DNA of 64,000 nucleotides, taken from positions 4,158 through 68,157 of the forward strand of contig CAZVUC010000094.1 in assembly GCA_964630405.1 (NCBI GenBank), given 5' to 3'. Numbering within the stretch: position 1 is the stretch's first letter; each line of letters starts with the position of its first letter. This document shows, in pieces, positions 1 to 9,776 of the stretch. Below the pieces are notes generated by a model. The model did not search any database. It saw only the letters and a program-made list of their open reading frames with translations, and was not told the origin of the DNA. This DNA comes from an uncultured Syntrophobacterales bacterium. GTDB taxonomy: Bacteria > Desulfobacterota > Binatia > UBA9968 > JAJDTQ01. The position numbers and the translations under genes were made by a program.

Positions 1-681
1 CGCCCGGTCGGCGACGCGGCCGTGGGCGGCGGCAGCCTCCTCGTAGATGCCCCAGTTGCGGGCATAGGCGGCCAGCGCTTCGTCGGAGTGTCCGCCGAGG
101 GAAAGAAGTCCGAGCCCGTGGCGGCCGGCCAGCGATGCGCCCGCGGGCGAGCGGATGGTGGTCACCGCCATCTCCATCCGGGGGCGGCTAAATGAGGCGT
201 GCTGCAGCTTGGCCCGATCCAGGGTAAACCAGTCGGTCCTGGCGCTCACCCGCTCGCCTTCCAGGAGCGGGATGATCGCGTCCAGCGACTCGTTCATCAT
301 GCGCCGGGTGCGTCGCGGGTCGATGCCCATCTGAGTGGCGTCCGAAGGCAGGGCTCCGGGCCCCACGCCGAACATGGCGCGGCCGCGGGTCATGTGGTCG
401 AGCTGGACCATGGCGTCGGCGACCATGAAGGGGTGCACGTAGGGCAGGGACTTCACGCCGGTGCCGAGCCGGATACGCCGGGTCTCCCGGGCCGCGGCGG
501 CGATGAAGACTTCGGGCGCGGCGATGGTCTCGAACCCGCCCGAGTGGTGCTCGCCGATCCACGCCTCGTCGTAGCCGAGGCGGTCCAGCAGCACGATCAG
601 CTCCAGGTCGCGCTCGAACAGCAGGGTGGGGTTCTCGTTCAGGGCGTGGAACGGGGCGAGAAAAACGCCGAAACGCAGCAT
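1..681 (-). CDS. LLM-class (luciferase-like) flavin-dependent oxidoreductase; C-terminus runs off the left edge of the window
   Basis: Read manually from ATG at 681: MLRFGVFLAPFH...LGYDEAWIGEHHSGG...RIRLGTGVKSLPYVHP...LDHMTRGRAMFGVGPG; open to position 1, absent from the ORF track because its stop lies outside the window. Confidence 0.9.
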   Translation of the reverse strand, partial: MLRFGVFLAPFHALNENPTLLFERDLELIVLLDRLGYDEAWIGEHHSGGFETIAAPEVFIAAAARETRRIRLGTGVKSLPYVHPFMVADAMVQLDHMTRGRAMFGVGPGALPSDATQMGIDPRRTRRMMNESLDAIIPLLEGERVSARTDWFTLDRAKLQHASFSRPRMEMAVTTIRSPAGASLAGRHGLGLLSLGGHSDEALAAYARNWGIYEEAAAAHGRVADRA

Positions 682-720
682 GGCATCAGACCCCATCGAC
701 GGGAACCGCTGGCTTCCCGC

Positions 721-1857
721 CTAAGCCTCGATCCCGTAGAAATTGATGCAGTTGTCCCACAGGATCTTGCGGGAGTGCTCCACCGGCAACTCCTGCTGCA
801 GGAACGCGTCCACCGCGTGGGGGAACTCGGAGTCGCTGTGGGGATAGTCGGAGGAAAAGACGATGTTGTCGTCGCCCATCAACTGGATCACCGACCCCAC
901 TTCCCGCTCTTCGCCCTCGCACCCGATGACGCACTGGCGCTTGAAGTACTCGCTCGGCTTCATGGTGAGCATGGGGGCGTCCGCGGCGCCCAACTGGCTC
1001 CAGTGGGTGTCCATGCGGCTCAGCCACGCCGGCGCCCAGCCGCAATTGCACTCCAGGAACGCCACCTTGAGCTCCGGGAAGCGTTCGAGCACGCCGCCGA
1101 CGATGATGTCCACCATGGTCACCATCTGGCCGGTGACGTGGCTGCAGATGTGGCGCATGAGGCGGTTGTTCTGGCCGAAGCGCTCGATGTGGGGGTAGTA
1201 GCCGGAGTTGGTGCACTCGTGGAATCCCACCGGCATCCCCAGCTCCTCCAGTTCGGCCCACAGGGGCTCCCAGTAGAGCCCGAACCAGGTGTCGCCGGGG
1301 AGCGGCGTGGCCCGCAGGAAAGCGGTGACGAAGCCGAGATCGTTGGCCGCGCGCCGGGCCTCCCGCATCGCCAGGGAGACGTCGTGGGGCGGCAGCATGG
1401 CGGCGCCCTTGAGCCGCGCCGGGTCCTCCTGGCAGAAGTCGTAGAGCCAGTTGTTGTAGGCCCGGCAGATGGCCTCGGCCAGGAGCGGGTCCATGTCCGG
1501 CACCGTCATGATGTGCAGGCAGGCGGTGGGGAACAGCACCGCCACGTCCAGGCCCTCGATGTCCATGGCCTCCAACTGGGACTTGGCGTTGAAGCCCTGG
1601 TCCCGGGCGAAGCCGATGACGTCCTCGCGCGTGGACGCGCGCCGCTTGCCGATCATGCGCGCGTCGTTGGCCAAGGACGGGCTCTTGGCCCGCGGCTCCT
1701 TGCCGTCCAGCAGGAGCAGGTTGAAGTCGCCCCGGCTGGGGACGTTGACCACCCTCGGCGCATGCTGCTTGAAGGGCGCGTCGACGTAGTTTTCCCAGAG
1801 GTCCGGCGGCTCCATGATGTGCATGTCGGAATCGATGATCTTCAGCCCGTTCTTCAT
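721..1857 (-). CDS. Amidohydrolase family protein (Amidohydro_2 / LigW-ACMSD-like)
   Basis: IIDSDMH metal-binding start, GFHE, GGVLERFPELKVAFLE, FSSDYPHSD. Confidence 0.9.
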   Translation of the reverse strand: MKNGLKIIDSDMHIMEPPDLWENYVDAPFKQHAPRVVNVPSRGDFNLLLLDGKEPRAKSPSLANDARMIGKRRASTREDVIGFARDQGFNAKSQLEAMDIEGLDVAVLFPTACLHIMTVPDMDPLLAEAICRAYNNWLYDFCQEDPARLKGAAMLPPHDVSLAMREARRAANDLGFVTAFLRATPLPGDTWFGLYWEPLWAELEELGMPVGFHECTNSGYYPHIERFGQNNRLMRHICSHVTGQMVTMVDIIVGGVLERFPELKVAFLECNCGWAPAWLSRMDTHWSQLGAADAPMLTMKPSEYFKRQCVIGCEGEEREVGSVIQLMGDDNIVFSSDYPHSDSEFPHAVDAFLQQELPVEHSRKILWDNCINFYGIEA

Positions 1858-1917
1858 CAAGGTCTCCCTTCACGGAGGCGTTGGCTGCTCAACCCGAATA
1901 CCTTTGGCGGTCCCACG

Positions 1918-1960
1918 AGTCAAGGCGCCTTTGACTAGTCTGACGCGGGACTCCTATAAA
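1918..1960. promoter_or_regulatory. Back-to-back sigma70-like promoters of divergent genes
   Basis: Plus strand TTGACT(1931-1936)-N18-TATAAA(1955-1960); minus strand TTGACT at 1918-1923; together AGTCAA-GGCGCCT-TTGACT. Confidence 0.6.
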
Positions 1961-2049
1961 GGAGACTCCGCATTGCCTGCCCCGCCGAGTCGGAGGCAGG
2001 CGTTTCGCGGGAATTACGCGGAGGCGAACAGTGAAGGAGGATCGCACGA

Positions 2050-3231
2050 ATGGCACAAGCCCTTGACGGCATCAGGATACTCGATCTCAGCAGTTACATC
2101 GCCGGCCCGTTCGCGGCCATGTTGCTGGCCGACATGGGGGCGGCGGTGGTGAAGATCGAGAACACCAGCGGCGGCGACCCTTTCCGGAAGTGGGCCCAGG
2201 AGCCGCGCATGTACAGTCCGCTGTTCCGAAGCTACAACCGCAACAAGCGCAGCATGACCCTGAACCTGCGCGATCCCGAGGGGAAGGAGATCTTTCTCCG
2301 GATGGCGGAAGGTGCCGACGTCGTCATCGAGAACTACCGCCCCGGAGTGATGGACCGGCTGGAGGTGGGTTACGAGCGGCTTCGGGAACTCAACCCGCGT
2401 CTCGTCTACTGCGGCATTTCGGCATTCGGACAGACCGGCCCTTACCGGGAGAGGCCGGGGTTCGATACCCTCGGACAGTGCCTCAGCGGCCTGTTGAGCC
2501 AGATCATCGACCCCGGGGCACCTCATCCGCCGGGTCTGGCCTTCTCCGACCATCTGGGCGGCCTGTTCGCCTGCTACGGCATTCTCACGGCGTTGATGGC
2601 CCGGGAGAGGACGGGCAAGGGCCAGAAGGTGGAGACTTCCCTGATGGAGGCCTCCATGGCGTTCATCGGCCGCAGCATCACCCAGTACTTCGCCACCGGG
2701 GACGTTCCGAACGTGGAGAGCCGGGGGCGCTCGGCCGGGGTGTACGCGCTGCTGGCCGGGGACGGGCTCCCGTTCGTCATCCATCTTTCCCATCTCAACA
2801 AGTTCTTCGTGAGCATGGCCGAGGCCCTGGGACGGCCGGAGCTGGCGGAAGACCCCCGTTTCAAGGACCGCGAGGACCGTCTGGTGAACTACGACGAGTT
2901 GAAGGACCTGCTGCAGGAGATCGCCGAGACCAGGCCGCGGCAGCACTGGCTGGACGCGTTGGGCAAGCACGACGTGGCCCACGCCCCCATCAACCGCCTG
3001 GACGAGGTGTTCGAGGACCCCCAGGTGAAGCACCTCGACCGGATCATGGAGCTGGAGCACCCGAAGCACGGCACCATCCACACGGTCAGGAGCGGCGTCA
3101 ACCTGAGCGACACGCCGTTCCAGGTTTCGGCGCTGCCGCCGGAGCTGGGGGAGCACACCGCCGAGATCCTGCGGGAGCTGGGGCTCAGCGAGGAACGGGT
3201 CGAGCGGCTGGTGGAAGCGGGGACGGTGTAG
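2050..3231 (+). CDS. Family III CoA-transferase (CaiB/BaiF)
   Basis: LDLSSYIAGPFAAMLLADMGAAVVKIE, NRNKRS, ADVVIENYRPG, PPELGEHT. Confidence 0.93.
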   Translation: MAQALDGIRILDLSSYIAGPFAAMLLADMGAAVVKIENTSGGDPFRKWAQEPRMYSPLFRSYNRNKRSMTLNLRDPEGKEIFLRMAEGADVVIENYRPGVMDRLEVGYERLRELNPRLVYCGISAFGQTGPYRERPGFDTLGQCLSGLLSQIIDPGAPHPPGLAFSDHLGGLFACYGILTALMARERTGKGQKVETSLMEASMAFIGRSITQYFATGDVPNVESRGRSAGVYALLAGDGLPFVIHLSHLNKFFVSMAEALGRPELAEDPRFKDREDRLVNYDELKDLLQEIAETRPRQHWLDALGKHDVAHAPINRLDEVFEDPQVKHLDRIMELEHPKHGTIHTVRSGVNLSDTPFQVSALPPELGEHTAEILRELGLSEERVERLVEAGTV

Positions 3232-3321
3232 TCGCCCTTGACCGGCTTTCGCGTGGTGTGTTATTCGCGGGCCATCTTTCGGCAACGTGCCACGCACGTC
3301 AGGGAGTGTAGGAGGGCCAGG

Positions 3322-4344
3322 ATGAAACTGATCATTGCGCTCATCGTCGCTGTTTCGCTTGTTGCGGTCACGGGGGCCCAGGCCCAGGACAACGTCAAGG
3401 CCCTCTACGAGAAGGCCAAGAAGGAAGGGCAGGTGGTGCTGGCCGCAGGATCGCCGCCGGTGGCGCTGAAGGCGCAGATCGGCGGCTTCATGAAGCGGTT
3501 TCCGGGAATCCAGGTGAACCACATCCCGTCGACGGGATCCGACGCGTCGGCGAAGATACAGCTCGAGACCCGGGTGGGGATGGCGACCTACGAGGTGGCT
3601 CAGGCCACCACCACGTCGGCGGAGCGGCTGCTCAAGGCCGACCTGCTGGCGCCGTTTCCGTATCACGAGTTCGGCATCGCCAAGAACGAGATCTCGTTCG
3701 GGGAGCGGCTGGTGCCGTGGTTCGACCTGACCCGGGTGCTGGGGTTCAACACCAAGCTGGTCTCCAAGGACCAGGTGCCCACCACCTGGGAGGGGTTGCT
3801 GGACCCGAAATGGAAGGGCCGCAAGATCATCGTCGTGGGGCGGGGGTATCCGTTCGGAGACCTGGTGCCGGCGTGGGGGCTGGAGAAGACGATGGAGTAT
3901 ACCCGGAAGTTCAGGGCCCAGAACCCCATCATTCAGCCCCGGGGCGGACCCCAGACCCTGGAGGCCTTGGTGGCCGGGCAGGCGCCGCTGGCGTTGATCC
4001 AGTTCGACCGTGTCTTCAGGGCCAAGGTCAAGGACAAGGCGCCGGTCGACTTCATCTGGATCACGCCCATGTCGGTTACCCGCTTCTACTCCATCGCGGT
4101 GAAGAAGGTGCGCAATCCCAACGCGGCCAAGCTGCTGACCGGCTATCTCGGCACTCCCGAGGCGTCGGCGCTCATGGAGAAAACCTCCTTCCGGAGCCAG
4201 CTTGGGCCGAGCGCACAAACCGACGCCGCCAAGATGGCGCGCGCGGCCGGCGTCAAGTTCGTCTGGAACGCTCCCACCATGGAGGAAGCCCGGGAGCTCA
4301 AGAAGTGGCGTAAACAGGCCCGGAAGATCCTCACCGGACATTAG
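3322..4344 (+). CDS. ABC transporter substrate-binding protein (Fe3+/thiamine/polyamine-like cluster)
   Basis: Signal peptide MKLIIALIVAVSLVAVTGAQA after GGAGG; AKKEGQVV, PTTWEGLLDPKWKG, NPNAAKL. Confidence 0.85.
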   Translation: MKLIIALIVAVSLVAVTGAQAQDNVKALYEKAKKEGQVVLAAGSPPVALKAQIGGFMKRFPGIQVNHIPSTGSDASAKIQLETRVGMATYEVAQATTTSAERLLKADLLAPFPYHEFGIAKNEISFGERLVPWFDLTRVLGFNTKLVSKDQVPTTWEGLLDPKWKGRKIIVVGRGYPFGDLVPAWGLEKTMEYTRKFRAQNPIIQPRGGPQTLEALVAGQAPLALIQFDRVFRAKVKDKAPVDFIWITPMSVTRFYSIAVKKVRNPNAAKLLTGYLGTPEASALMEKTSFRSQLGPSAQTDAAKMARAAGVKFVWNAPTMEEARELKKWRKQARKILTGH

Positions 4345-4404
4345 ACTGCCGTCGGCGTCCGGCCGCCGGGCCGGGCGCCGCGTCAGCCCAAAGGAGTCCC
4401 GACC

Positions 4405-5532
4405 ATGGCGCGAAACGGCTTCAAGATACTCGATAGCGACATGCACGTCTTCGAGCCGCATGATCTCTATCTCAAGTACATGGATCCCAAATGGGGAGAC
4501 CGGATCCCCAGGGGGGAGCCGCGGACGCGCCATGGACAGGTCAAGTTCAGCTTCGGCGACGGCGCACAGGTGCGGGAGTCGGGACTGACGGCCCGCCCCA
4601 ACGTGACACCCGGAGAGGACAAGGTCGCCCACCGCTACACGAAGCCCCTGGCCAGGAACTACGATGCCGTCTCCCAGGTGGAGGCCATGGACGTGGAGGG
4701 TCTGGACGTGGCGGTGCTGTTCCGCACCTTCCCGCTCCACTGCGACGACCGCCTGGAGCCCGAGTACGCCAACGCCCTGTGCCGCGCCTGGAACGACTGG
4801 GTGGCGGACTTCTGCAAGGAGAGTGCCGAGAGGCTCAAGCCGTCGGCGCTGATCACGCTCCACGACGTGGACATGGCCGTGGACGAGACCCGCCGCGCGG
4901 TCACCGAGCGGGGCGCCGTCGGCCTCTGCCTGGTGCCCGAGCCGGCCAACGGCCGGCACATCCATGAGCGTTATTTCGACCCGCTGTGGCGCGAGGCGGA
5001 GCGTCTGGACGTTCCCATCTGCTTCCACCCCGCGGCCAACCCGCGCATGGACCAGGTGGCGCAACGCTTCAAGGGCCTTCCCAACGAAGGCATCCTGGTG
5101 AACGCCTACCGCAATCCCGTCGAGCTGATGCTCGCGGTGGGGAGCTTCTGCGGCGGCGGGGTGCTGGAGCGCTTTCCCCGCCTGAGAGTGGCGTTCCTGG
5201 AGGGCAACTGCAGTTGGCTGCCGTGGGTCCTCTACCGTCTCGACGAGCGTTGGGATCTCCGCAAGGACCTCTGCGACACACCGCTTTCACTGAATCCCAG
5301 CGAATACTTCCTGCGGCAGTGCTTCATCGCCACGGATGTCGAGGAGGATCTGGTGGCGGACGTGGTGAGCCGGATCGGAGACGACAACATCGTGATCTCG
5401 ACGGACTATCCGCACTCCGACTCGCGCTGGCCGGAAGCGGTGGACAGCTTCCTCAAGATCGACGGTCTGCGCGACGCGTCCAGGCGGAAGATCTTCTGGG
5501 ACAACAGCGCGAGGCTCTACGATCTCCAATAG
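4405..5532 (+). CDS. Amidohydrolase family protein
   Basis: ILDSDMH, CFHP, GGVLERFPRLRVAFLEG, STDYPHSD; paralogue of 721..1857. Confidence 0.9.
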   Translation: MARNGFKILDSDMHVFEPHDLYLKYMDPKWGDRIPRGEPRTRHGQVKFSFGDGAQVRESGLTARPNVTPGEDKVAHRYTKPLARNYDAVSQVEAMDVEGLDVAVLFRTFPLHCDDRLEPEYANALCRAWNDWVADFCKESAERLKPSALITLHDVDMAVDETRRAVTERGAVGLCLVPEPANGRHIHERYFDPLWREAERLDVPICFHPAANPRMDQVAQRFKGLPNEGILVNAYRNPVELMLAVGSFCGGGVLERFPRLRVAFLEGNCSWLPWVLYRLDERWDLRKDLCDTPLSLNPSEYFLRQCFIATDVEEDLVADVVSRIGDDNIVISTDYPHSDSRWPEAVDSFLKIDGLRDASRRKIFWDNSARLYDLQ

Positions 5533-5579
5533 ATGACCGGTGGCCGGAAGCTCCGGCCCCGGGCTTTCATGGTTGGCAC

Positions 5580-7283
5580 ATGCGGGTAAGCGAACGGGAT
5601 GTCTTCAGCTGGCTTACCCTGGGAGCGGTGGCTTGGCTCGTGGTGGTGCCGCTGTTCCTGGTGGTCTTCTTCTCCTTCCAGCGCGAGCCGCTGGCGGAGA
5701 TCAGCGGGCTCTCCCTCTATCACTACCTTGAGATCTACGTCGACCCGGGCACCTACGAACTGATCCTGAACACGCTGCTGTTCGGCGCCGGCGCAATCCT
5801 GACGGGGTTCGCCTTCGCTGTTCCGCTGGCGTGGCTGGTGGAGCGAACCAACGCGCCCGGGCGCCATCTCATGTACGGGCTGATCCTCATTCCCATGGCG
5901 CTGCCGCCCATGATCGCGGCGCTGGGATGGGAGCGGCTGCTGGACCCGCGCATCGGCGTCATCAACCTGGTCCTGCGGGCGTTGCTGGGGCTGGAGGGGG
6001 AAGGGCCCCTCAACGTGTTCACTCTCTACGGCATGTCCTTCGTCATGGGCCTCTCCATGGTGCCCACGGTGTTTCTCATGCTGGTGCCGGTGTTGCGCAA
6101 CATGGATCCGGCCTACGAGGAGGCCAGCATGATCGCCGGGGCCAGCCGCTTCATGACCCTCCTCCGGGTTACCTTTCCGCTCACCTATCCGGCTTTCTTC
6201 GCGGCCCTCATCTGGTTCTTCATCATCTCCATCGAGGCCTTCGAGATACCCGGCGTCATCGGCATGCAGGCCGGGATCCTGGTGTTCAGCACCAAGATCT
6301 TCTGGGCCATCCACCCCCCCATGGGGGAGCTGCCGGAATACGGCACGGCCAGCGCGCTGGCCATGAGCGTGCTGGTGTTGAGCGGCGTGCTCGTCTATCT
6401 CTACCTGAAGGTCCTGGGAGCGGGCGAGAAGTACACCACGGTCACCGGCCGCGGGTACCGCCCCGCGGTCATCGACCTGGGCCGGGCCAGGTGGGCCGGC
6501 GCCGGCTTCTTTTTCCTGTACATGTGCCTGGCCATCGTGTTCCCGCTGTTGGTGCTGGCGTGGGGCAGCCTCCTGACCTTCTATCAGCCGCCCGCGTGGG
6601 ACCTCCTCCCGCAACTGACGACCAAACACTACTACAACGCGGTGACGGGGTACGGCGCGCTTGGGGCCTTCAAGAACACGGCGCTTCTGGTCGTGGCCGC
6701 GTCAACCGCCACCACGCTGCTGGCGGTGGTGTCGGGCTGGATCATCGTGCGGTCCGGCGGCCGGACCGGAAAGATCCTGAACCTGCTGACGTTCGCGCCC
6801 ATCGCCATTCCGTCGGTGATCATCGGCTTCGCGCTCATCCTGATGTACCTCTCGATACCGGTGGGGGTCTACGGGACGGTCTGGGTCATCGTCATCGCCC
6901 ACGTCACGCGCTACATATCCTACGGCTCGCGCGCGGTGATCTCGGCCCAGGTGCAGGTGCACAAGGAGCTGGAAGAGGCCTCCTACACCTGTGGCGCCTC
7001 GCTGGCCGCCACCTTGCGCAAGGTCGTCGTGCCCATCGTGCTGCCCGCGTTGGTGAGCCTGTGGCTATGGGTGGCCCTTCACAGCCTGCGGGAGCTCTCG
7101 TCGGCGGTTCTGCTGGCCACTCCCGGCAACCGGGTGGTGAGCACCATGATCTGGTTCGCGTGGCAGGAAGGGCAGGTGGGAGAGGCCTACGCCCTCTCGA
7201 TCATGCTCATCGCCGTATCCCTGGTCATCGCCATCGCGGCCCGGCGTCTCCTCACCTGGGGAGACCCGGTGGCGATGCACTGA
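5580..7283 (+). CDS. ABC transporter permease with two fused TM domains (FbpB-like)
   Basis: Two EAA loops (YEEASMIAGAS, LEEASYTCGAS), many TM helices; start MRVSERD at 5580. Confidence 0.9.
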   Translation: MRVSERDVFSWLTLGAVAWLVVVPLFLVVFFSFQREPLAEISGLSLYHYLEIYVDPGTYELILNTLLFGAGAILTGFAFAVPLAWLVERTNAPGRHLMYGLILIPMALPPMIAALGWERLLDPRIGVINLVLRALLGLEGEGPLNVFTLYGMSFVMGLSMVPTVFLMLVPVLRNMDPAYEEASMIAGASRFMTLLRVTFPLTYPAFFAALIWFFIISIEAFEIPGVIGMQAGILVFSTKIFWAIHPPMGELPEYGTASALAMSVLVLSGVLVYLYLKVLGAGEKYTTVTGRGYRPAVIDLGRARWAGAGFFFLYMCLAIVFPLLVLAWGSLLTFYQPPAWDLLPQLTTKHYYNAVTGYGALGAFKNTALLVVAASTATTLLAVVSGWIIVRSGGRTGKILNLLTFAPIAIPSVIIGFALILMYLSIPVGVYGTVWVIVIAHVTRYISYGSRAVISAQVQVHKELEEASYTCGASLAATLRKVVVPIVLPALVSLWLWVALHSLRELSSAVLLATPGNRVVSTMIWFAWQEGQVGEAYALSIMLIAVSLVIAIAARRLLTWGDPVAMH

Positions 7284-7298
7284 CGCTACGCAGAATGG

Positions 7299-7377
7299 CT
7301 GGATCCCGGGTCAAGCTTGCCCCGGGCTTGACCCCGGGGTCCCCTCCCCGTCATCCCGGACTTGATCCGGGATCCAG
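7299..7377. repeat. REP-like palindrome cluster between convergent genes
   Basis: CTGGATCCCGGGTCAAGC / CCCGGGCTTGACCCCGGG / CGTCATCCCGGACTTGATCCGGGATCCAG, three related units in inverted orientations. Confidence 0.75.
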
Positions 7378-7403
7378 GGGAGGGCGGGGCGGGGGGAGGC
7401 CCG

Positions 7404-8108
7404 TCAGACCGCCTTCCTGAGCGGCTGCTCCTGGAAGTGCTGCTTCACTTCCGCCAGCTTCATGACGTCCGCGTACTTGTGGTGCAAGTCGAACAGGTTC
7501 ACCTTGTGGGAGGTGATGCTCCGGTCGAAGACGCATTCCTCCACGACGGAGACGTGGTAGCCGTTGGAGTAGGCGTCCACCACGCTGGCGCGGACGCAGC
7601 CGCTGGTGCTCTCGCCGCACACTATCAGGGAACTGATGCCGAGCCGGGTCAGATGGGCGATGAGCGGCGTGCCGTAGAAGCCGCTGGCCCGTTCCTTGTA
7701 GATGATGATGTCCTCGGGCTCCGGTGCGAAGTCCTTGTAGATCTCGTAGTCGTCCTCGTCCATCCGGGTGATCTGCCGGTTGGTGGCGTGGACCGCGGCG
7801 GGTTGGACTTCCTTCCGTGTTTCGCTGGTGGTGTAGAAGATCGGCAGCCCCTGGGCCCGGGCAAGGGCAAACAGCTCCTTGGTGGGCTCGATGGCCTCGT
7901 ATGCATTTACGCCGCAGGAGCTCTTGTACTCCTTGACCACCTCGTGCACCGGCAGGGGACCCCCCCGGTAGGCGAGGTTGTAGAGGTCGATGGCCAGCAG
8001 CGCCGGACGCTCTCCGACGTAGATGTCCCTCCGGTAGGGCTTGTAGATGTCCATGATCTCGTCGCTGATGATGTCCTGCCAGCAGTGATCTTCGAATTTG
8101 TCAACCAT
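7404..8108 (-). CDS. Isochorismatase-family cysteine hydrolase (N-carbamoylsarcosine amidase / NicF-like)
   Basis: Triad AID, YKERAS, GESTSGCVRAS. Confidence 0.9.
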   Translation of the reverse strand: MVDKFEDHCWQDIISDEIMDIYKPYRRDIYVGERPALLAIDLYNLAYRGGPLPVHEVVKEYKSSCGVNAYEAIEPTKELFALARAQGLPIFYTTSETRKEVQPAAVHATNRQITRMDEDDYEIYKDFAPEPEDIIIYKERASGFYGTPLIAHLTRLGISSLIVCGESTSGCVRASVVDAYSNGYHVSVVEECVFDRSITSHKVNLFDLHHKYADVMKLAEVKQHFQEQPLRKAV

Positions 8109-8259
8109 CGAGGTTCTCCCTTTCGCGTTTGATGAAGACGTGATAGCCGGTCACGCTTCGCGGTGTCAACCTTGCGGTCCACGCATCCCCCGGGATGACG
8201 GAAGACGATCAGCCGCCGCATTCGCATTCTCGGTCCGCAGCCGTTAGCTTGTCCTGCTC

Positions 8260-9123
8260 ATGTGGTTCGTATTGGCGCTTCTTTCCGCCTTGTTCCAGGT
8301 GCTGCGGAACATCTCCATGAAGCACCTGGGACACGAGCTCGACGACATCATCAACGTCTGGGGGCGCTTCACGTTCCTGCTGCCCTTCGTGGCCCTGGCC
8401 TCGGCATGGCACGGCATGCCGGAGTTGAAGGACGGCTTCTGGCCCTATGTCGTCGGCTTCGGCGTCACCCAGTCCATCGCCACCCTGAGCCTCTCCAAGG
8501 CCCTCAAGCTGTCGGGTATCGCCATCGTCACCGCGCTGTGGAAGCTGAGCCTGCTGTTCCTGGTGCTGATCGCTTACGTCACGCTGGACGAGACCCCGTC
8601 GGCGGCCGGGCTGGCGGGCGTGCTGCTGAGCGTCATCGGCGTTTATTTCCTCAACGTCCAGAAGAGCCGCATATCGGCGTGGGCGCCGTTGCGCGAGCTG
8701 CTGGTGGACCCGGGCCTTCGTTACACCCTCATGGCGGCGTTGTTCTACGCGCCGTCGGTGGTGCTGATCAAGCTGCTGATCCTCCATTCCGACGTCTATT
8801 TCGCCAATCTGGCGGGTTATCTGGCGGCCTCCCTCATGGTCCTGCCCCTGGCGCTGCGCCGCTCCGCCGCCCACTTCCGCGCCATCCCGCGTCATGGAGG
8901 CGCGTTCATGGCCATGGGGCTCTGCGCCTCCCTCACCAGCATCTGCCACAGCCTGGCCTACGAGTTGACCCTCACCTCCTACGTCGAAGCGGTGAAGCAG
9001 ACCGAGATCCTTTTTGCGCTGGCCGCGGGCTGGCTGGTGTTCAACGAGCGCGCCCGGGTGCGTGAGATCCTGCCCGGGAGCCTGACCATCATGGCCGGGA
9101 TGGTGCTGTTGCGGCTGAGTTGA
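8260..9123 (+). CDS. EamA/DMT family transporter
   Basis: About 10 hydrophobic helices in two repeats; 287 aa. Confidence 0.85.
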   Translation: MWFVLALLSALFQVLRNISMKHLGHELDDIINVWGRFTFLLPFVALASAWHGMPELKDGFWPYVVGFGVTQSIATLSLSKALKLSGIAIVTALWKLSLLFLVLIAYVTLDETPSAAGLAGVLLSVIGVYFLNVQKSRISAWAPLRELLVDPGLRYTLMAALFYAPSVVLIKLLILHSDVYFANLAGYLAASLMVLPLALRRSAAHFRAIPRHGGAFMAMGLCASLTSICHSLAYELTLTSYVEAVKQTEILFALAAGWLVFNERARVREILPGSLTIMAGMVLLRLS

Positions 9124-9769
9124 GGGGTCCGTCCGCGGCGGTGGTCACCCGGTCCCAGGTCCACAGGGACTTGTCCCGGTAGAGTCGTTCGATGTCCTCC
9201 GGCACTTCGACGCCGGCGTTTCGAAGATACTCCGCGATGGTCCGCAACGGCAGGCCGACGGCGGCGAGATAGTCGCCGCGAAGGCTTTCGATCAGTTGGT
9301 GGCCGCGGCCCTGGATGGAGTAGGCGCCCGCCTTGTCCATGGATTCGTCCAGGGACAGGTAGTCGGCGATCTCGGCGTCGGTGGAGGAGCGCATGCGGAC
9401 CTCCACCCGTTCCAGGCGGGTGGACTCCCGGCCCGTGGCGGAGTCGATGAGGGCTACGCCGGTGAGGATGCGGTGCGTTCGTCCGGAGAGCCTGCGGAGG
9501 ATGGACTGGGCGTCGTGCGTGTCCCTGGGCTTGCCGATCTTCTCCTGGCCCAACGCGATCAGGGTGTCGCCTCCCACCACCAGCGCATCCGCGACGCCGG
9601 AGGCTACCGAGCGGGCTTTGCCCAGTGCCAGCTCCAGCGCCTCGGCCTCGGGAGTGAGGTCTTCCCGGGTGGTTTCCAGGAAGTCGGGGTGGCGGACTTC
9701 GAAGGGGAGGCCGAGGAAGGCCAGGATGTCGCGCCGGCGCGGCGAGGTGGACGCCAGGATGATACGCAT
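9089..9769 (-). CDS. maf: Maf nucleoside triphosphate pyrophosphatase
   Basis: IILASTSPRRRDIL, GDT, IGKP, DKAGAYSIQG. Confidence 0.95.
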   Translation of the reverse strand: MRIILASTSPRRRDILAFLGLPFEVRHPDFLETTREDLTPEAEALELALGKARSVASGVADALVVGGDTLIALGQEKIGKPRDTHDAQSILRRLSGRTHRILTGVALIDSATGRESTRLERVEVRMRSSTDAEIADYLSLDESMDKAGAYSIQGRGHQLIESLRGDYLAAVGLPLRTIAEYLRNAGVEVPEDIERLYRDKSLWTWDRVTTAADGPLNSAATAPSRP

Positions 9770-9776
9770 GCGGGGG

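Noticed and set aside
2014-5064. 1016-aa minus-strand ORF and similar long antisense ORFs (199..1938, 22944..24911, 48682..50325, 57177..59414, 61977..63770)
   Set aside because: Shadow frames of well-supported genes; stop codons are rare in high-GC DNA and the translations have no family motifs.
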